Virus record (IMG/VR): IMGVR_UViG_3300032213_003065
Coordinates: 1 to 52,858 of that record
Reading direction: 5' to 3' (one strand)
Source of the DNA: a virus
Taxonomy: Duplodnaviria; Caudoviricetes
DNA: 52,858 nt
Part shown: piece by piece, positions 1-8,089 of the stretch
Position numbering within the stretch: the first letter of the stretch is position 1
How the letters are laid out: the number at the start of each line of letters is the position of its first letter
The notes under the pieces: generated by a model
Database searches by the model: none
Told to the model about the DNA's origin: nothing
The model's input: only the letters and a program-made list of their open reading frames with translations
Program-made: the position numbers and the translations under genes

Positions 1-8
1 GAATGAAT

Positions 9-155
9 TTAATTATTCAATAAACCTAAAACATCTGCTCCCCACATTGCAAAATAAACTAACATGGTTAGTGTTACTAAAAATACAGTTGACAATATTA
101 CTTCTTTTGGTTCTGATTTCCAATACTGAATAAGTGTGTTATTTGTTTTTTTCAT
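9..155 (-). CDS. small membrane protein (48 aa, below ORF-track cutoff)
   Basis: Manual translation MKKTNNTLIQYWKSEPKEVILSTVFLVTLTMLVYFAMWGADVLGLLNN*; one hydrophobic helix; promoter box at ~180. Confidence 0.6.
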   Translation of the reverse strand: MKKTNNTLIQYWKSEPKEVILSTVFLVTLTMLVYFAMWGADVLGLLNN

Positions 156-222
156 TTAACTTTTTATTTTAATTATACTTAAATATACAATAAATCTTTT
201 TAATTATAATAAAAGAATTTAT

Positions 223-432
223 TTATTTAAAATTAATATTTTCTAATAACTTTACTAAATATAATTCTAAAACTTTATATAATTCTTTATCATTATTCTT
301 ATATAACTCTTTAATACTATCTACATCTTCTAAAAAATCCATATTTTCTATCTCATCATCCCCAAATTCATTATATATTCTTTCTTCAATATCACCTATT
401 TTACTACAAATAATTTTTATTTCATTTTTCAT
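223..432 (-). CDS. hypothetical protein
   Basis: 69-aa ORF with own promoter box at ~456. Confidence 0.7.
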   Translation of the reverse strand: MKNEIKIICSKIGDIEERIYNEFGDDEIENMDFLEDVDSIKELYKNNDKELYKVLELYLVKLLENINFK

Positions 433-492
433 ATCTTAACTTTTTTATTAATACTTAAATATACGAAATATTATTTTAATCTAAATGAGGGA

Positions 493-1110
493 CTATTTAA
501 GTCCCTCAATAATTTTTTTCACTATATTTCCTTCAAATATTTCATCAAATTTTTCATCTAATACTTTATTATAATTTATTCCCCACTCTTTGTTCATGTC
601 AACAAACTTTCTCCAATCTGAAATTTCCATTCCCATATAGGTTTGGTTTTCAATGTCCATGAATTCAATACCATCAATATTACCTTCACATACAATAACC
701 TGAGCTATCAATTTTACTTTTAAAGGGCCTATTTCAACAGGTGCACTTAAGTTAAAGAATTCTAATTTACTTTCTAATTTAATACTGTTCATATTTTTAT
801 TTTTTAATTTACTTAAATATACAAAATCATTTTTAATTTCTACTTTAGGAAGATCATTTATAAAATAAATAAATTTATAAGATCTACCTTTAACTTCTTC
901 CCTTCTTATTTTACCTGAATACAAGGCACGTCTTAAACAATCAGCATATTTTTTATTTGATTCCCGAGTTGAACCTCTAAAAAAACCATATATGCTTCCC
1001 ATTATACTATTTTCAGGTGTGCCAGGGTTGTGTTTTAAGAAATCAACTATTTCCTCTTGGTTAACCATTCTTCTTTTAACACCAAATCTATTTGTTTTAA
1101 ATTTATTCAT
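493..1110 (-). CDS. hypothetical protein; apparent in-frame fusion of two genes (internal start at 792)
   Basis: 205-aa ORF with an internal promoter box (~814) and an A-rich leader before ATG at 792; N-terminal half looks winged-helix-like. Confidence 0.65.
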   Translation of the reverse strand: MNKFKTNRFGVKRRMVNQEEIVDFLKHNPGTPENSIMGSIYGFFRGSTRESNKKYADCLRRALYSGKIRREEVKGRSYKFIYFINDLPKVEIKNDFVYLSKLKNKNMNSIKLESKLEFFNLSAPVEIGPLKVKLIAQVIVCEGNIDGIEFMDIENQTYMGMEISDWRKFVDMNKEWGINYNKVLDEKFDEIFEGNIVKKIIEGLK

Positions 1111-1176
1111 CTTATTATCTTTTTAATTTATACTTAAATATACTAATAATATTTTTAGTAAGAGTAGAGGAATATA

Positions 1177-1371
1177 TTAAAACATTCCTCCTGCAATTAC
1201 TAATCTTCTTCTATAACCGATTTCAGTATCATAAACATTTTCTACATTAACATCAGTTTTTTCAATTCTGTTTACATAAACAAAATCTGTAGGGTCCATT
1301 CCTGTAACTACTACTTTTAAATTCTTGTTTTCAACTTTTTCTAATACTTCAATTAATTCTTGTACTGTCAT
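1177..1371 (-). CDS. hypothetical phage protein (MTVxELIExL N-terminus)
   Basis: 64-aa ORF with a common small phage protein start motif; own promoter. Confidence 0.75.
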   Translation of the reverse strand: MTVQELIEVLEKVENKNLKVVVTGMDPTDFVYVNRIEKTDVNVENVYDTEIGYRRRLVIAGGMF

Positions 1372-1437
1372 AACTTTATATTTTTAACTTATTAATACTT
1401 AAATATACGAAATAACTTATTAGTAAGAGTAGAGGAA

Positions 1438-1725
1438 TTATTTTATTTCTACTAAATTCAATTCTAAAGCTTTATTAATTCTTTCTAAAACATTATTGTA
1501 TTCACTTCCTTCACTATAACTTATTTCTATAGCAAAATCTTCAATTCTTTCAAACATGTTTTCTACATAAGCTCCTTCTACAAACATTTGCATATCAAAT
1601 AATAATTGATCATAACTTGAAAAATCATAATATAAATCAATATCTGAATCTTCTAATTGATTGTGAATTTTCAATAAATTATTGAATTCTTTTTCTGCTA
1701 ACTTTGTTAATACTAATTTTTTCAT
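1438..1725 (-). CDS. hypothetical acidic protein
   Basis: 95-aa ORF with own promoter. Confidence 0.7.
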   Translation of the reverse strand: MKKLVLTKLAEKEFNNLLKIHNQLEDSDIDLYYDFSSYDQLLFDMQMFVEGAYVENMFERIEDFAIEISYSEGSEYNNVLERINKALELNLVEIK

Positions 1726-1790
1726 ATCTTAACTTTTTAATTTATACTTAAATATACGAACGTTATTTTTAGATAGATATAAGGTAGTTT

Positions 1791-1937
1791 TTACCAATTA
1801 TACCATCTAAAACTTCCGCTACCACATATACATTTAAATTTTCTAGCCCATTTTTGTAATGTAAAATTATAAACACGGTTTGTTTTTTTACCACAGCTAT
1901 AACACTGACATTTTTTAATTTCTGTATGATGATTCAT
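1791..1937 (-). CDS. small zinc-ribbon-like protein (48 aa)
   Basis: Manual translation MNHHTEIKKCQCYSCGKK...FKCICGSGSFRWYNW*; CxxC and CxC pairs; promoter box at ~1959. Confidence 0.6.
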   Translation of the reverse strand: MNHHTEIKKCQCYSCGKKTNRVYNFTLQKWARKFKCICGSGSFRWYNW

Positions 1938-1996
1938 ATTTTATATTTTTAATTTAATTAAATATACAAACAAAATCGTTAGTAAGAGTAGAGGAA

Positions 1997-2398
1997 TTAT
2001 TTTACTAAATGTCCCCAAATATCAGTTCTTGAAACATCAAATTCCCTTACTTCAGAATCAAACCAACCATAATCTTCAAAACATTTTCTAACTTGTTCAT
2101 AAATGTCTTTACCATCAATTTCAATTGTTGGTTTTTTCATTTTAGGTTCATATGGTCCCCCATACATGTCAAATTCCCCATTTTGAATAACTGTAATATG
2201 TTTTTCTTGTTTTGTTATTCCTTCTATATTAAATTCATCTCCATCAAAATAAATTTCACCACTTTTAAGGTTAAGGTCACTTACAATTATTTCAGCTAGT
2301 TCTTCTACTGAATCATAACATTCACTTACTGAAGAGGAAATATCATATTCAATTTCACTAATAATTTCTTTAATTTCTTTTACTTTAATTACATTCAT
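1997..2398 (-). CDS. hypothetical protein
   Basis: 133-aa ORF with own promoter. Confidence 0.75.
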   Translation of the reverse strand: MNVIKVKEIKEIISEIEYDISSSVSECYDSVEELAEIIVSDLNLKSGEIYFDGDEFNIEGITKQEKHITVIQNGEFDMYGGPYEPKMKKPTIEIDGKDIYEQVRKCFEDYGWFDSEVREFDVSRTDIWGHLVK

Positions 2399-2438
2399 AA
2401 TTTAACTTTTTAATACTTTAAATATACGAAACATTATT

Positions 2439-2753
2439 TTAATTAGATGAGGGGAATCTTAACATATACTCAATTTCCCTTTTAGCATTATCTGTAATAT
2501 TTTTACTCATACCTCCAATATGCCATTCAATTTTTTCGTCATATCCTATTTTACGATATTCCTTCCAATCGTAAATTGTAACAACATCTTCATTGTCATC
2601 TTCCAATTCCCATTCGATATTTACTTTATCTTCGCCGTCATTGCTTTCATAAGTGGGTTCACCTATTATTTTAATTAATTCATTCACAGATGCTCTAACT
2701 GTTGAATAATGAAAACTTGTACCACTTGAACTTCTACTTGTTGATTTTAACAT
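2439..2753 (-). CDS. hypothetical phage protein (K-V-x-x-EW / TIYDWK / WHIGG motifs)
   Basis: 104-aa ORF; motif pattern typical of a recurrent small phage family. Confidence 0.8.
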   Translation of the reverse strand: MLKSTSRSSSGTSFHYSTVRASVNELIKIIGEPTYESNDGEDKVNIEWELEDDNEDVVTIYDWKEYRKIGYDEKIEWHIGGMSKNITDNAKREIEYMLRFPSSN

Positions 2754-2822
2754 AACTTTTATTTTTTAATTTGAGATGAATATACGAAATAAATCGTTAG
2801 TGAGAGGAGAGGAATTATTTTA

Positions 2823-3041
2823 TTAATCTAATAAAGGTTGATATTCAATGCAAGTTGTTAAAGATGCATTATACAATTTTAATTTAGGCTTATCTAAACT
2901 GATTTTTGCTTCTTCATTATTTGGTAAAATTACATGATAAATGATAGAAGATTTTGTATAAGTGATTTTTTGAATTTTGAAACCTGAATTTTCAATTTCT
3001 TGTGTTGCTAAAATTTCTAATTGTGATTCTAATTTTTTCAT
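2823..3041 (-). CDS. hypothetical protein
   Basis: 72-aa ORF with own promoter. Confidence 0.7.
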   Translation of the reverse strand: MKKLESQLEILATQEIENSGFKIQKITYTKSSIIYHVILPNNEEAKISLDKPKLKLYNASLTTCIEYQPLLD

Positions 3042-3103
3042 ATCTTAACTTTTTAATTTGCTTAAATATACGAACGTTATTTTACTCGTAAGTGGAGGAA
3101 TTA

Positions 3104-3340
3104 CTATAAAATAGCTTCATATTCCTCTACACCATATTTTCTATCTTTATTATCGTAAGAATATCTTACACCTAATTCTCTTACATTCTGTAACTGATAA
3201 AATTCAATAATTTCATTTAATGATGAAAATTGTTTACCAGGATCAGACCATGTTTGTTTTCCATAAGCATTAGGTGAAATTAATTTATAACCTTGCCATG
3301 TTCCATCTAAATCAAGAATTCTATTTATTAATACTTTCAT
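3104..3340 (-). CDS. hypothetical protein
   Basis: 78-aa ORF with own promoter. Confidence 0.7.
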   Translation of the reverse strand: MKVLINRILDLDGTWQGYKLISPNAYGKQTWSDPGKQFSSLNEIIEFYQLQNVRELGVRYSYDNKDRKYGVEEYEAIL

Positions 3341-3389
3341 AACTTTTTAATTTATACTTAAATATACGAATAAAACTATAGATAACGAC

Positions 3390-3730
3390 GGGGGAAGAAA
3401 ATATATTTCCTCCCCTTGTATCAATTTTATCTATTATATATTCAGTTTTCAAATCTTTTAATAGATTTTATCAATCCACCCCCCACCCCCCATCACCTCT
3501 ATATATAGGGGGGGAAGGGGGGTTCAAAAAAAAGTATATACTTTAAAAACTTTAAAAAAGGGTTGGGGGGGTGTGGGAAAGGGTTAGATCCCTGACCTTT
3601 CCAATTCCATACCACACCAATCGTTTTCCACATACATTTTCCGTTGTAATTATTTTGTGACATCCGTTCGTAAGTGTTTGTCATAGATTTTATCAATACA
3701 CCTTTAATGACTATTGATTTTATCAATCGA
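3390..3730. other. non-coding G/C-tract, palindrome and repeat island (candidate origin or packaging signal)
   Basis: Hairpin 3391-3415; C6-A-C6 ... CTATATATAG ... G7-AA-G6 inverted arrangement 3479-3522; palindrome AAAGTATATACTTT 3531-3544; G3T2G7TGTG3A3G3 3560-3583; GATTTTATCAAT x3 (~3464, 3686, 3716). Confidence 0.55.
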
Positions 3731-3746
3731 ATAGTTTTGAACCCAA

Positions 3747-3938
3747 TCACTTAAATCTCGAATAATTCCCTATCCAATTATCTAATTCAACTCCTCTTCT
3801 AATGTCGTAACCGGTATTAGCTTCTAAATTCTTTTCCATTGTCCATAATGCTAATTCCCTATACACCTCTTCTTTTAATACTTTCTTCCAATCAGCTAAT
3901 TGTTCATTTTGTATTTGAATACCTTGTTCTACTGTCAT
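3747..3938 (-). CDS. hypothetical protein
   Basis: 63-aa ORF with promoter box at ~3959. Confidence 0.7.
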   Translation of the reverse strand: MTVEQGIQIQNEQLADWKKVLKEEVYRELALWTMEKNLEANTGYDIRRGVELDNWIGNYSRFK

Positions 3939-3977
3939 ATTATTATCTTTTTATACTTTAAATATACGTTATTTTTT

Positions 3978-4062
3978 TTTCGTCGTCATAGAGGTCGTTT
4001 CGTAAGTTTCTTTCGTCAATATATTTCGTAAGAGTCCGTCGTCATTATGTTCGTAAGTGTTT
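3978..4062. repeat. cluster of CG-containing short repeats (TTCGTAAG x3, CGTCGTCAT x2)
   Basis: TTCGTAAG at ~3999, ~4025, ~4050; CGTCGTCAT at 3981 and 4037; the 14-mer GTTCGTAAGTGTTT at 4049 also occurs at 3666. Confidence 0.7.
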
Positions 4063-4094
4063 TTGTTATTACTGGATTATCTCTATTATATTTT

Positions 4095-4283
4095 TTATTC
4101 TCCTTCATCCATTATTTCATCTCCAATATCTAATATTAATTGGGTTTTATCATATTCATGTTCTTCTTCATCAAATGTTTCCATTGTGAATGTTATTCTT
4201 CCCATGGCTTCTAAAGCTTGTTCTAATGTCATTACTTTACCATAGAATTTTTCTAATTGGAATAATATTTGTATTTCTGTCAT
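4095..4283 (-). CDS. hypothetical acidic protein
   Basis: 62-aa ORF with own promoter. Confidence 0.7.
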   Translation of the reverse strand: MTEIQILFQLEKFYGKVMTLEQALEAMGRITFTMETFDEEEHEYDKTQLILDIGDEIMDEGE

Positions 4284-4346
4284 AACCTTTATTTTTTATT
4301 TATACCTAAATATACGAATGATTTTTTTAATATGATTGAGGGAATA

Positions 4347-4553
4347 TTATTTATTCTTTAATAATCTCTCTACTTCATTCATTATATCTTCTTCATAGTT
4401 TCTATTCATTACTTCTTTAGGGTAACCTTCAGGTAATTCATCTAAATTATCTAATTGCCAATCTAAAAATTGTTCAATATCAAACAAACCCCAATCATCA
4501 CTTATTCCTAATAGGCAACTAGCTGCATCTTTTATTTGTTCTTTCTTATTCAT
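4347..4553 (-). CDS. hypothetical protein
   Basis: 68-aa ORF with own promoter. Confidence 0.7.
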   Translation of the reverse strand: MNKKEQIKDAASCLLGISDDWGLFDIEQFLDWQLDNLDELPEGYPKEVMNRNYEEDIMNEVERLLKNK

Positions 4554-4595
4554 AACTTATTTATTTTATTTATACTTAAATATACGATCTATTTT

Positions 4596-4916
4596 TTACT
4601 TTAAAGTTGAGGAATTTAATAATTTAAACGTTTTTTCAATCAATTCCTCATTACTAAAATCTTTATTTATATCATACCCCAACCAATATAATCTTCTTTT
4701 AACTAAATTACCATTATCAAATATCTTAACAATAACTTTATGTTTAATTTTATCGTCCATTTTATGAGTAAATAAACCATAATCATCAGTTAATTCAATT
4801 ATAAAATTATCTTTTTCATATTTACTAACTTCAAGTCTATCAATTATAGTTTTAGTTTCATCTTCCCAATATGGTTTTTGAGTTTCACTTAATATTTTTG
4901 TTTCAATTAATTTCAT
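4596..4916 (-). CDS. hypothetical protein
   Basis: 106-aa ORF with own promoter. Confidence 0.7.
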   Translation of the reverse strand: MKLIETKILSETQKPYWEDETKTIIDRLEVSKYEKDNFIIELTDDYGLFTHKMDDKIKHKVIVKIFDNGNLVKRRLYWLGYDINKDFSNEELIEKTFKLLNSSTLK

Positions 4917-4968
4917 AACTTATTTTTTTAATTTACTTAAATATACGAACGATTTTATTAGATAAAAT

Positions 4969-4994
4969 AGGGGAAACTTTTGTTTCCCCTTTTA
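4969..4994. terminator. intrinsic terminator-like hairpin
   Basis: AGGGGAAAC-TTTT-GTTTCCCCT directly after the stop of 4995..5762; its arm doubles as the TTCCCC promoter element. Confidence 0.55.
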
Positions 4995-5762
4995 TTATTT
5001 AGCCAAATAATTAACTATTTCTAATTTATCTTTTGGTAATCTATTATCAATTTGTTTTATAATAGACCAAGTTCCATCTTCATAATATTTTATTTTAACA
5101 AAATTTGTATTTGAAAATGTAATATCAAGACAACTAATATAATAACCTCCGTTTCTCCCAAAACCCATTTGCCATTCTTCTTTTTCTTCAATTTTACAAT
5201 TTGGGTCCAAATTGATAAAATCTTTTTTTAAGTTTTGTTTAACTATTTCTTTTTTATTTTTAGCAATTTGTCTTTGTTTATAATTTTCAATAGCATCTTT
5301 TATTTTAACAAGTGCCGTTTTATAAGAATATTTTTGATATCTATTTGAAATACTACTTGGTAATTCAAATTTTAAATCATCAGTAACCCCCCAAATTGAT
5401 CCCATGTTATTTATAAATTCTATTCTAGCAGATGTTACTTGAATATCTTCAATTTTATCTTCTTCTTTCAATTTAAACTTAGTATATGATGGTAAGTCAA
5501 AATTTCTACAATTGACTAAAGTAGTAAGCTCAACATAATCACCTAATCCATCTTCAACTAATTTATTGTATAAATTTTCAATGTTTTTGAATTCTCTTTT
5601 TATCTTTTCAATATCATTAAGAAAATGTTTTTTGTAATATTCAACATCTTTTTGATACTTAATTTGAGATTCAATTTCTATCTTTGCTTTTTCAATTCTT
5701 TCTTCTTCTCTTTTAAGTTCAATCATTTTGATTTCTGCTTCTGATAATTTAATTTCTGTCAT
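4995..5762 (-). CDS. hypothetical protein with coiled-coil segments
   Basis: 255-aa ORF, E/K-rich helical N-terminus. Confidence 0.8.
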   Translation of the reverse strand: MTEIKLSEAEIKMIELKREEERIEKAKIEIESQIKYQKDVEYYKKHFLNDIEKIKREFKNIENLYNKLVEDGLGDYVELTTLVNCRNFDLPSYTKFKLKEEDKIEDIQVTSARIEFINNMGSIWGVTDDLKFELPSSISNRYQKYSYKTALVKIKDAIENYKQRQIAKNKKEIVKQNLKKDFINLDPNCKIEEKEEWQMGFGRNGGYYISCLDITFSNTNFVKIKYYEDGTWSIIKQIDNRLPKDKLEIVNYLAK

Positions 5763-5825
5763 AACTTTATTTTTTTAATTTACTTAAATATACGAATAAT
5801 TTTTTAGATTGAGTTAAAGGAATTT

Positions 5826-6074
5826 TTATCTTATTAAATTAATTTTAATTCCTCCAATACATTCACTGCAATTAATTTTTAATTCATTACAAAACATTAA
5901 GAGTTTATGTTGTGTAATATCTATGTTTTCATAGAATGTATTTTTAATTGTAAATGTATTGTTTTTGTAATCTGTAAACATCATTGGGTATGCTTTAAAT
6001 TCATTATAAAGCAATTTTTTAAACTCTTTTAATGTGATGTTTGTATTCGGTAACATTAGATTATTTAACTTCAT
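5826..6074 (-). CDS. hypothetical protein
   Basis: 82-aa ORF with own promoter. Confidence 0.65.
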   Translation of the reverse strand: MKLNNLMLPNTNITLKEFKKLLYNEFKAYPMMFTDYKNNTFTIKNTFYENIDITQHKLLMFCNELKINCSECIGGIKINLIR

Positions 6075-6156
6075 AACTTTATTTTTTAATTTACTTAAAT
6101 ATACGAATTATTTTCTAAATAATATTAGAGGAAATAGTATTTTATAATAAAATGAG

Positions 6157-6552
6157 TTAATATGAATATTCTCTAAACCCATTTGGGAAAAAGAATCTCA
6201 TTACTATTTTTTCAGAAAATATAATTTGAAGATATAATCCTGTATATGTTGTATAATTTAACATTTCATGTAAATCATACTTATAACCTGCATCTGTTTC
6301 TGATGTGAATATTGGGTCAACTTGAGTTAAATGGAATGTCTCTGTTTGTCCATTTGTATATATTATCATTAATCCATTATCATTTTCATTAAATGATAAT
6401 TTTGATGGTTTGGGAAAATATATTGCCTTCTCCCCATATTCTTGAAATAAATATGATTTTGAATAATAATCCCAACCATGTTTTGTCTTAACCATTTGTG
6501 AATATGATGACATAGTTACCATCATCAATATTGATGTTATTAATTTTTTCAT
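6157..6552 (-). CDS. exported protein with Bacteroidota-type signal peptide
   Basis: MKKLITSILMMVTMSSYSQ: signal peptide ending S-Y-S/Q, typical of Bacteroidota. Confidence 0.75.
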   Translation of the reverse strand: MKKLITSILMMVTMSSYSQMVKTKHGWDYYSKSYLFQEYGEKAIYFPKPSKLSFNENDNGLMIIYTNGQTETFHLTQVDPIFTSETDAGYKYDLHEMLNYTTYTGLYLQIIFSEKIVMRFFFPNGFREYSY

Positions 6553-6590
6553 AACTTTATTTTTAATATATTAAATATACTAAATATATT

Positions 6591-6764
6591 TTAGTTTAAT
6601 GTGGGGGAAGAAGGAGCAACATTGTTATCACTTATCATGAATGGTTTTTCTTCTATATAATCTTCATCAAAACCCCATAACTGAAGTTCACCAAATATAC
6701 CTCCATTTATTATTTCTTCTAATTCTTCAAAAAATTTGTTAAAATCCTTGTTTTTATTTTTCAT
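6591..6764 (-). CDS. hypothetical protein (57 aa)
   Basis: Manual ORF MKNKNKDFNKFFEELEE...; promoter box at ~6787. Confidence 0.55.
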   Translation of the reverse strand: MKNKNKDFNKFFEELEEIINGGIFGELQLWGFDEDYIEEKPFMISDNNVAPSSPTLN

Positions 6765-6811
6765 AACTTTTATTTTTTAATTTACTTAAATATACGAAAT
6801 TAAACTCTAAA

Positions 6812-7024
6812 CTAATTAGAGGTCTTAAACCATTTAGATAATTCCTCTATTGGGAATAGATGTTCTTCATTTTCATCATCTATTATTACAATACAGTCAT
6901 TATCGTTATCATCTATAGTGAGATCAATAATTTCATATTCTTTACCTACAATGAGGGATTCTATACCTGTGCTTCTCATTACACAAGGATCAATTGCTTC
7001 TAATTTTTTTCCAATTTTTATCAT
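6812..7024 (-). CDS. small SH3-like beta-barrel protein
   Basis: LIVGKEYEII...IVIIDDENEEHLF pattern of small phage SH3-fold proteins. Confidence 0.65.
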   Translation of the reverse strand: MIKIGKKLEAIDPCVMRSTGIESLIVGKEYEIIDLTIDDNDNDCIVIIDDENEEHLFPIEELSKWFKTSN

Positions 7025-7072
7025 AACTTTTATTTTTTAATTTTTAATTTACTTGAATATACGAAATATATT

Positions 7073-7345
7073 TTACTTACTGTTGGAGGAAGGTTTTGGT
7101 TTGTTATCAATTTCACTTGCACGTGAACCTTTAATTAATGAGGTAGGTTTTATAGTATTATTCCATTCCATCATATTTTCATATTCTTCTGTTAAACATT
7201 CAATAGCATAATTTTCATCAATTGGGTCTTCATCTTCAAAATATCCTATATCTTCAACATAATCTTTCCAATTTCTATAACCTATTTCATTTAAAAAAAT
7301 AAATAACTTTGGAAATCTTTTTTTGAATTGATTGTTAGTTAACAT
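7073..7345 (-). CDS. hypothetical protein
   Basis: 90-aa ORF. Confidence 0.7.
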   Translation of the reverse strand: MLTNNQFKKRFPKLFIFLNEIGYRNWKDYVEDIGYFEDEDPIDENYAIECLTEEYENMMEWNNTIKPTSLIKGSRASEIDNKPKPSSNSK

Positions 7346-7399
7346 ATTTTATTATTTATTATAAATACACAAAATGTATTTTAAATGACCAAATAGAAA

Positions 7400-7470
7400 A
7401 TTTGCTTGTCTTTCCAAGCTGTCAACTAAAATTTCTTGGTAGTGGCACCTTTACACAGCCAATTAGTTCT
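7400..7470 (-). ncRNA. candidate structured RNA 3' of the tRNA-like gene
   Basis: Minus strand AACTAA-TTGG...CCAA-GAAATT-TTAGTT stem followed by GACA and hairpin GCTTG-GAAAGA-CAAGC. Confidence 0.3.
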
Positions 7471-7478
7471 ACTTGTGA

Positions 7479-7564
7479 TGGTAGTCAGGACAGGAATCGA
7501 ACCTGTATCTACGAGATGGCCAATTCCAGTAACTCGTTGCTCTAACCAATTCCGCCACCTGACT
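7479..7564 (-). tRNA. tRNA-like gene with non-canonical 17-nt anticodon loop (no assignable anticodon)
   Basis: AGTCAGG/CCTGACT acceptor stem + A-CCA; TGGCGGAATTGGTTAGAGC D-arm; ACGAG/CTCGT stem enclosing TTACTGGAATTGGCCAT; T-arm ACAGG-TTCGATT-CCTGT. Confidence 0.8.
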
Positions 7565-7618
7565 TATTTCTTATAATATAAATATACAAAATTTATTTTA
7601 AATGACCAAATAGGAATA

Positions 7619-8041
7619 TTAAATATCTAATTCGTTTATTTCTTCCAATACAAAGTCATCTTCATTGATCTCAAACGAACCACTTTCCTCCGTTTTAAAC
7701 CAGTTAATTGGTTCATCAATATTCTCCTCATCTTCCTTGAAGAACTTGGAATTTACAACGACTTTACCGTTATCATCCATTCCTTCTAATAGACCTGCGT
7801 TTTCATATAAATTCCATACACGATCTTTCCAAACATCTAATTTAATTCCTTCAACAGTTTGCTTATAACCACCTTCAACTGTTAGTTTAGCTAATTCTAA
7901 TAAAAATTCCTGACATAGTATGTCTAATTCACCTCCTATTGGAAAATTTTCACCATATTTGGTTCTACCATTAGTACCTGCTTTATAAATTGATTTAATT
8001 TGATTGAATTGATCAGTAATTGGTTTAATTTTCTTTGCCAT
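7619..8041 (-). CDS. hypothetical protein with acidic C-terminus
   Basis: 140-aa ORF with own promoter. Confidence 0.75.
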   Translation of the reverse strand: MAKKIKPITDQFNQIKSIYKAGTNGRTKYGENFPIGGELDILCQEFLLELAKLTVEGGYKQTVEGIKLDVWKDRVWNLYENAGLLEGMDDNGKVVVNSKFFKEDEENIDEPINWFKTEESGSFEINEDDFVLEEINELDI

Positions 8042-8089
8042 TATCTTTATTTTTTATTTATGAATTAAATATACGAACTATTTTTTTGA

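Larger units (their letters stand above)
1155..1999. repeat. 19-bp identical direct repeat TTAGTAAGAGTAGAGGAAT x3
   Basis: Copies at 1155-1173, 1420-1438 and 1979-1997, each the upstream part of a class-A promoter. Confidence 0.9.
7360..7613. repeat. 37-bp direct repeats (2 mismatches) flanking the tRNA-like module
   Basis: TATAAATACACAAAATGTATTTTAAATGACCAAATAG 7360-7396 vs TATAAATATACAAAATTTATTTTAAATGACCAAATAG 7577-7613. Confidence 0.85.

Noticed and set aside
3499-3750. 83-aa minus-strand ORF
   Set aside because: It runs through the G/C homopolymer and repeat island giving Pro-rich low-complexity sequence, and has no own promoter; a coupled start leaves a small chance that it is real
7400-7478. 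Theta (HDV-like) ribozyme after the tRNA
   Set aside because: I could not find the P1/P3/L3 nested double-pseudoknot pattern or a G at the tRNA 3' junction, and CCA is already encoded
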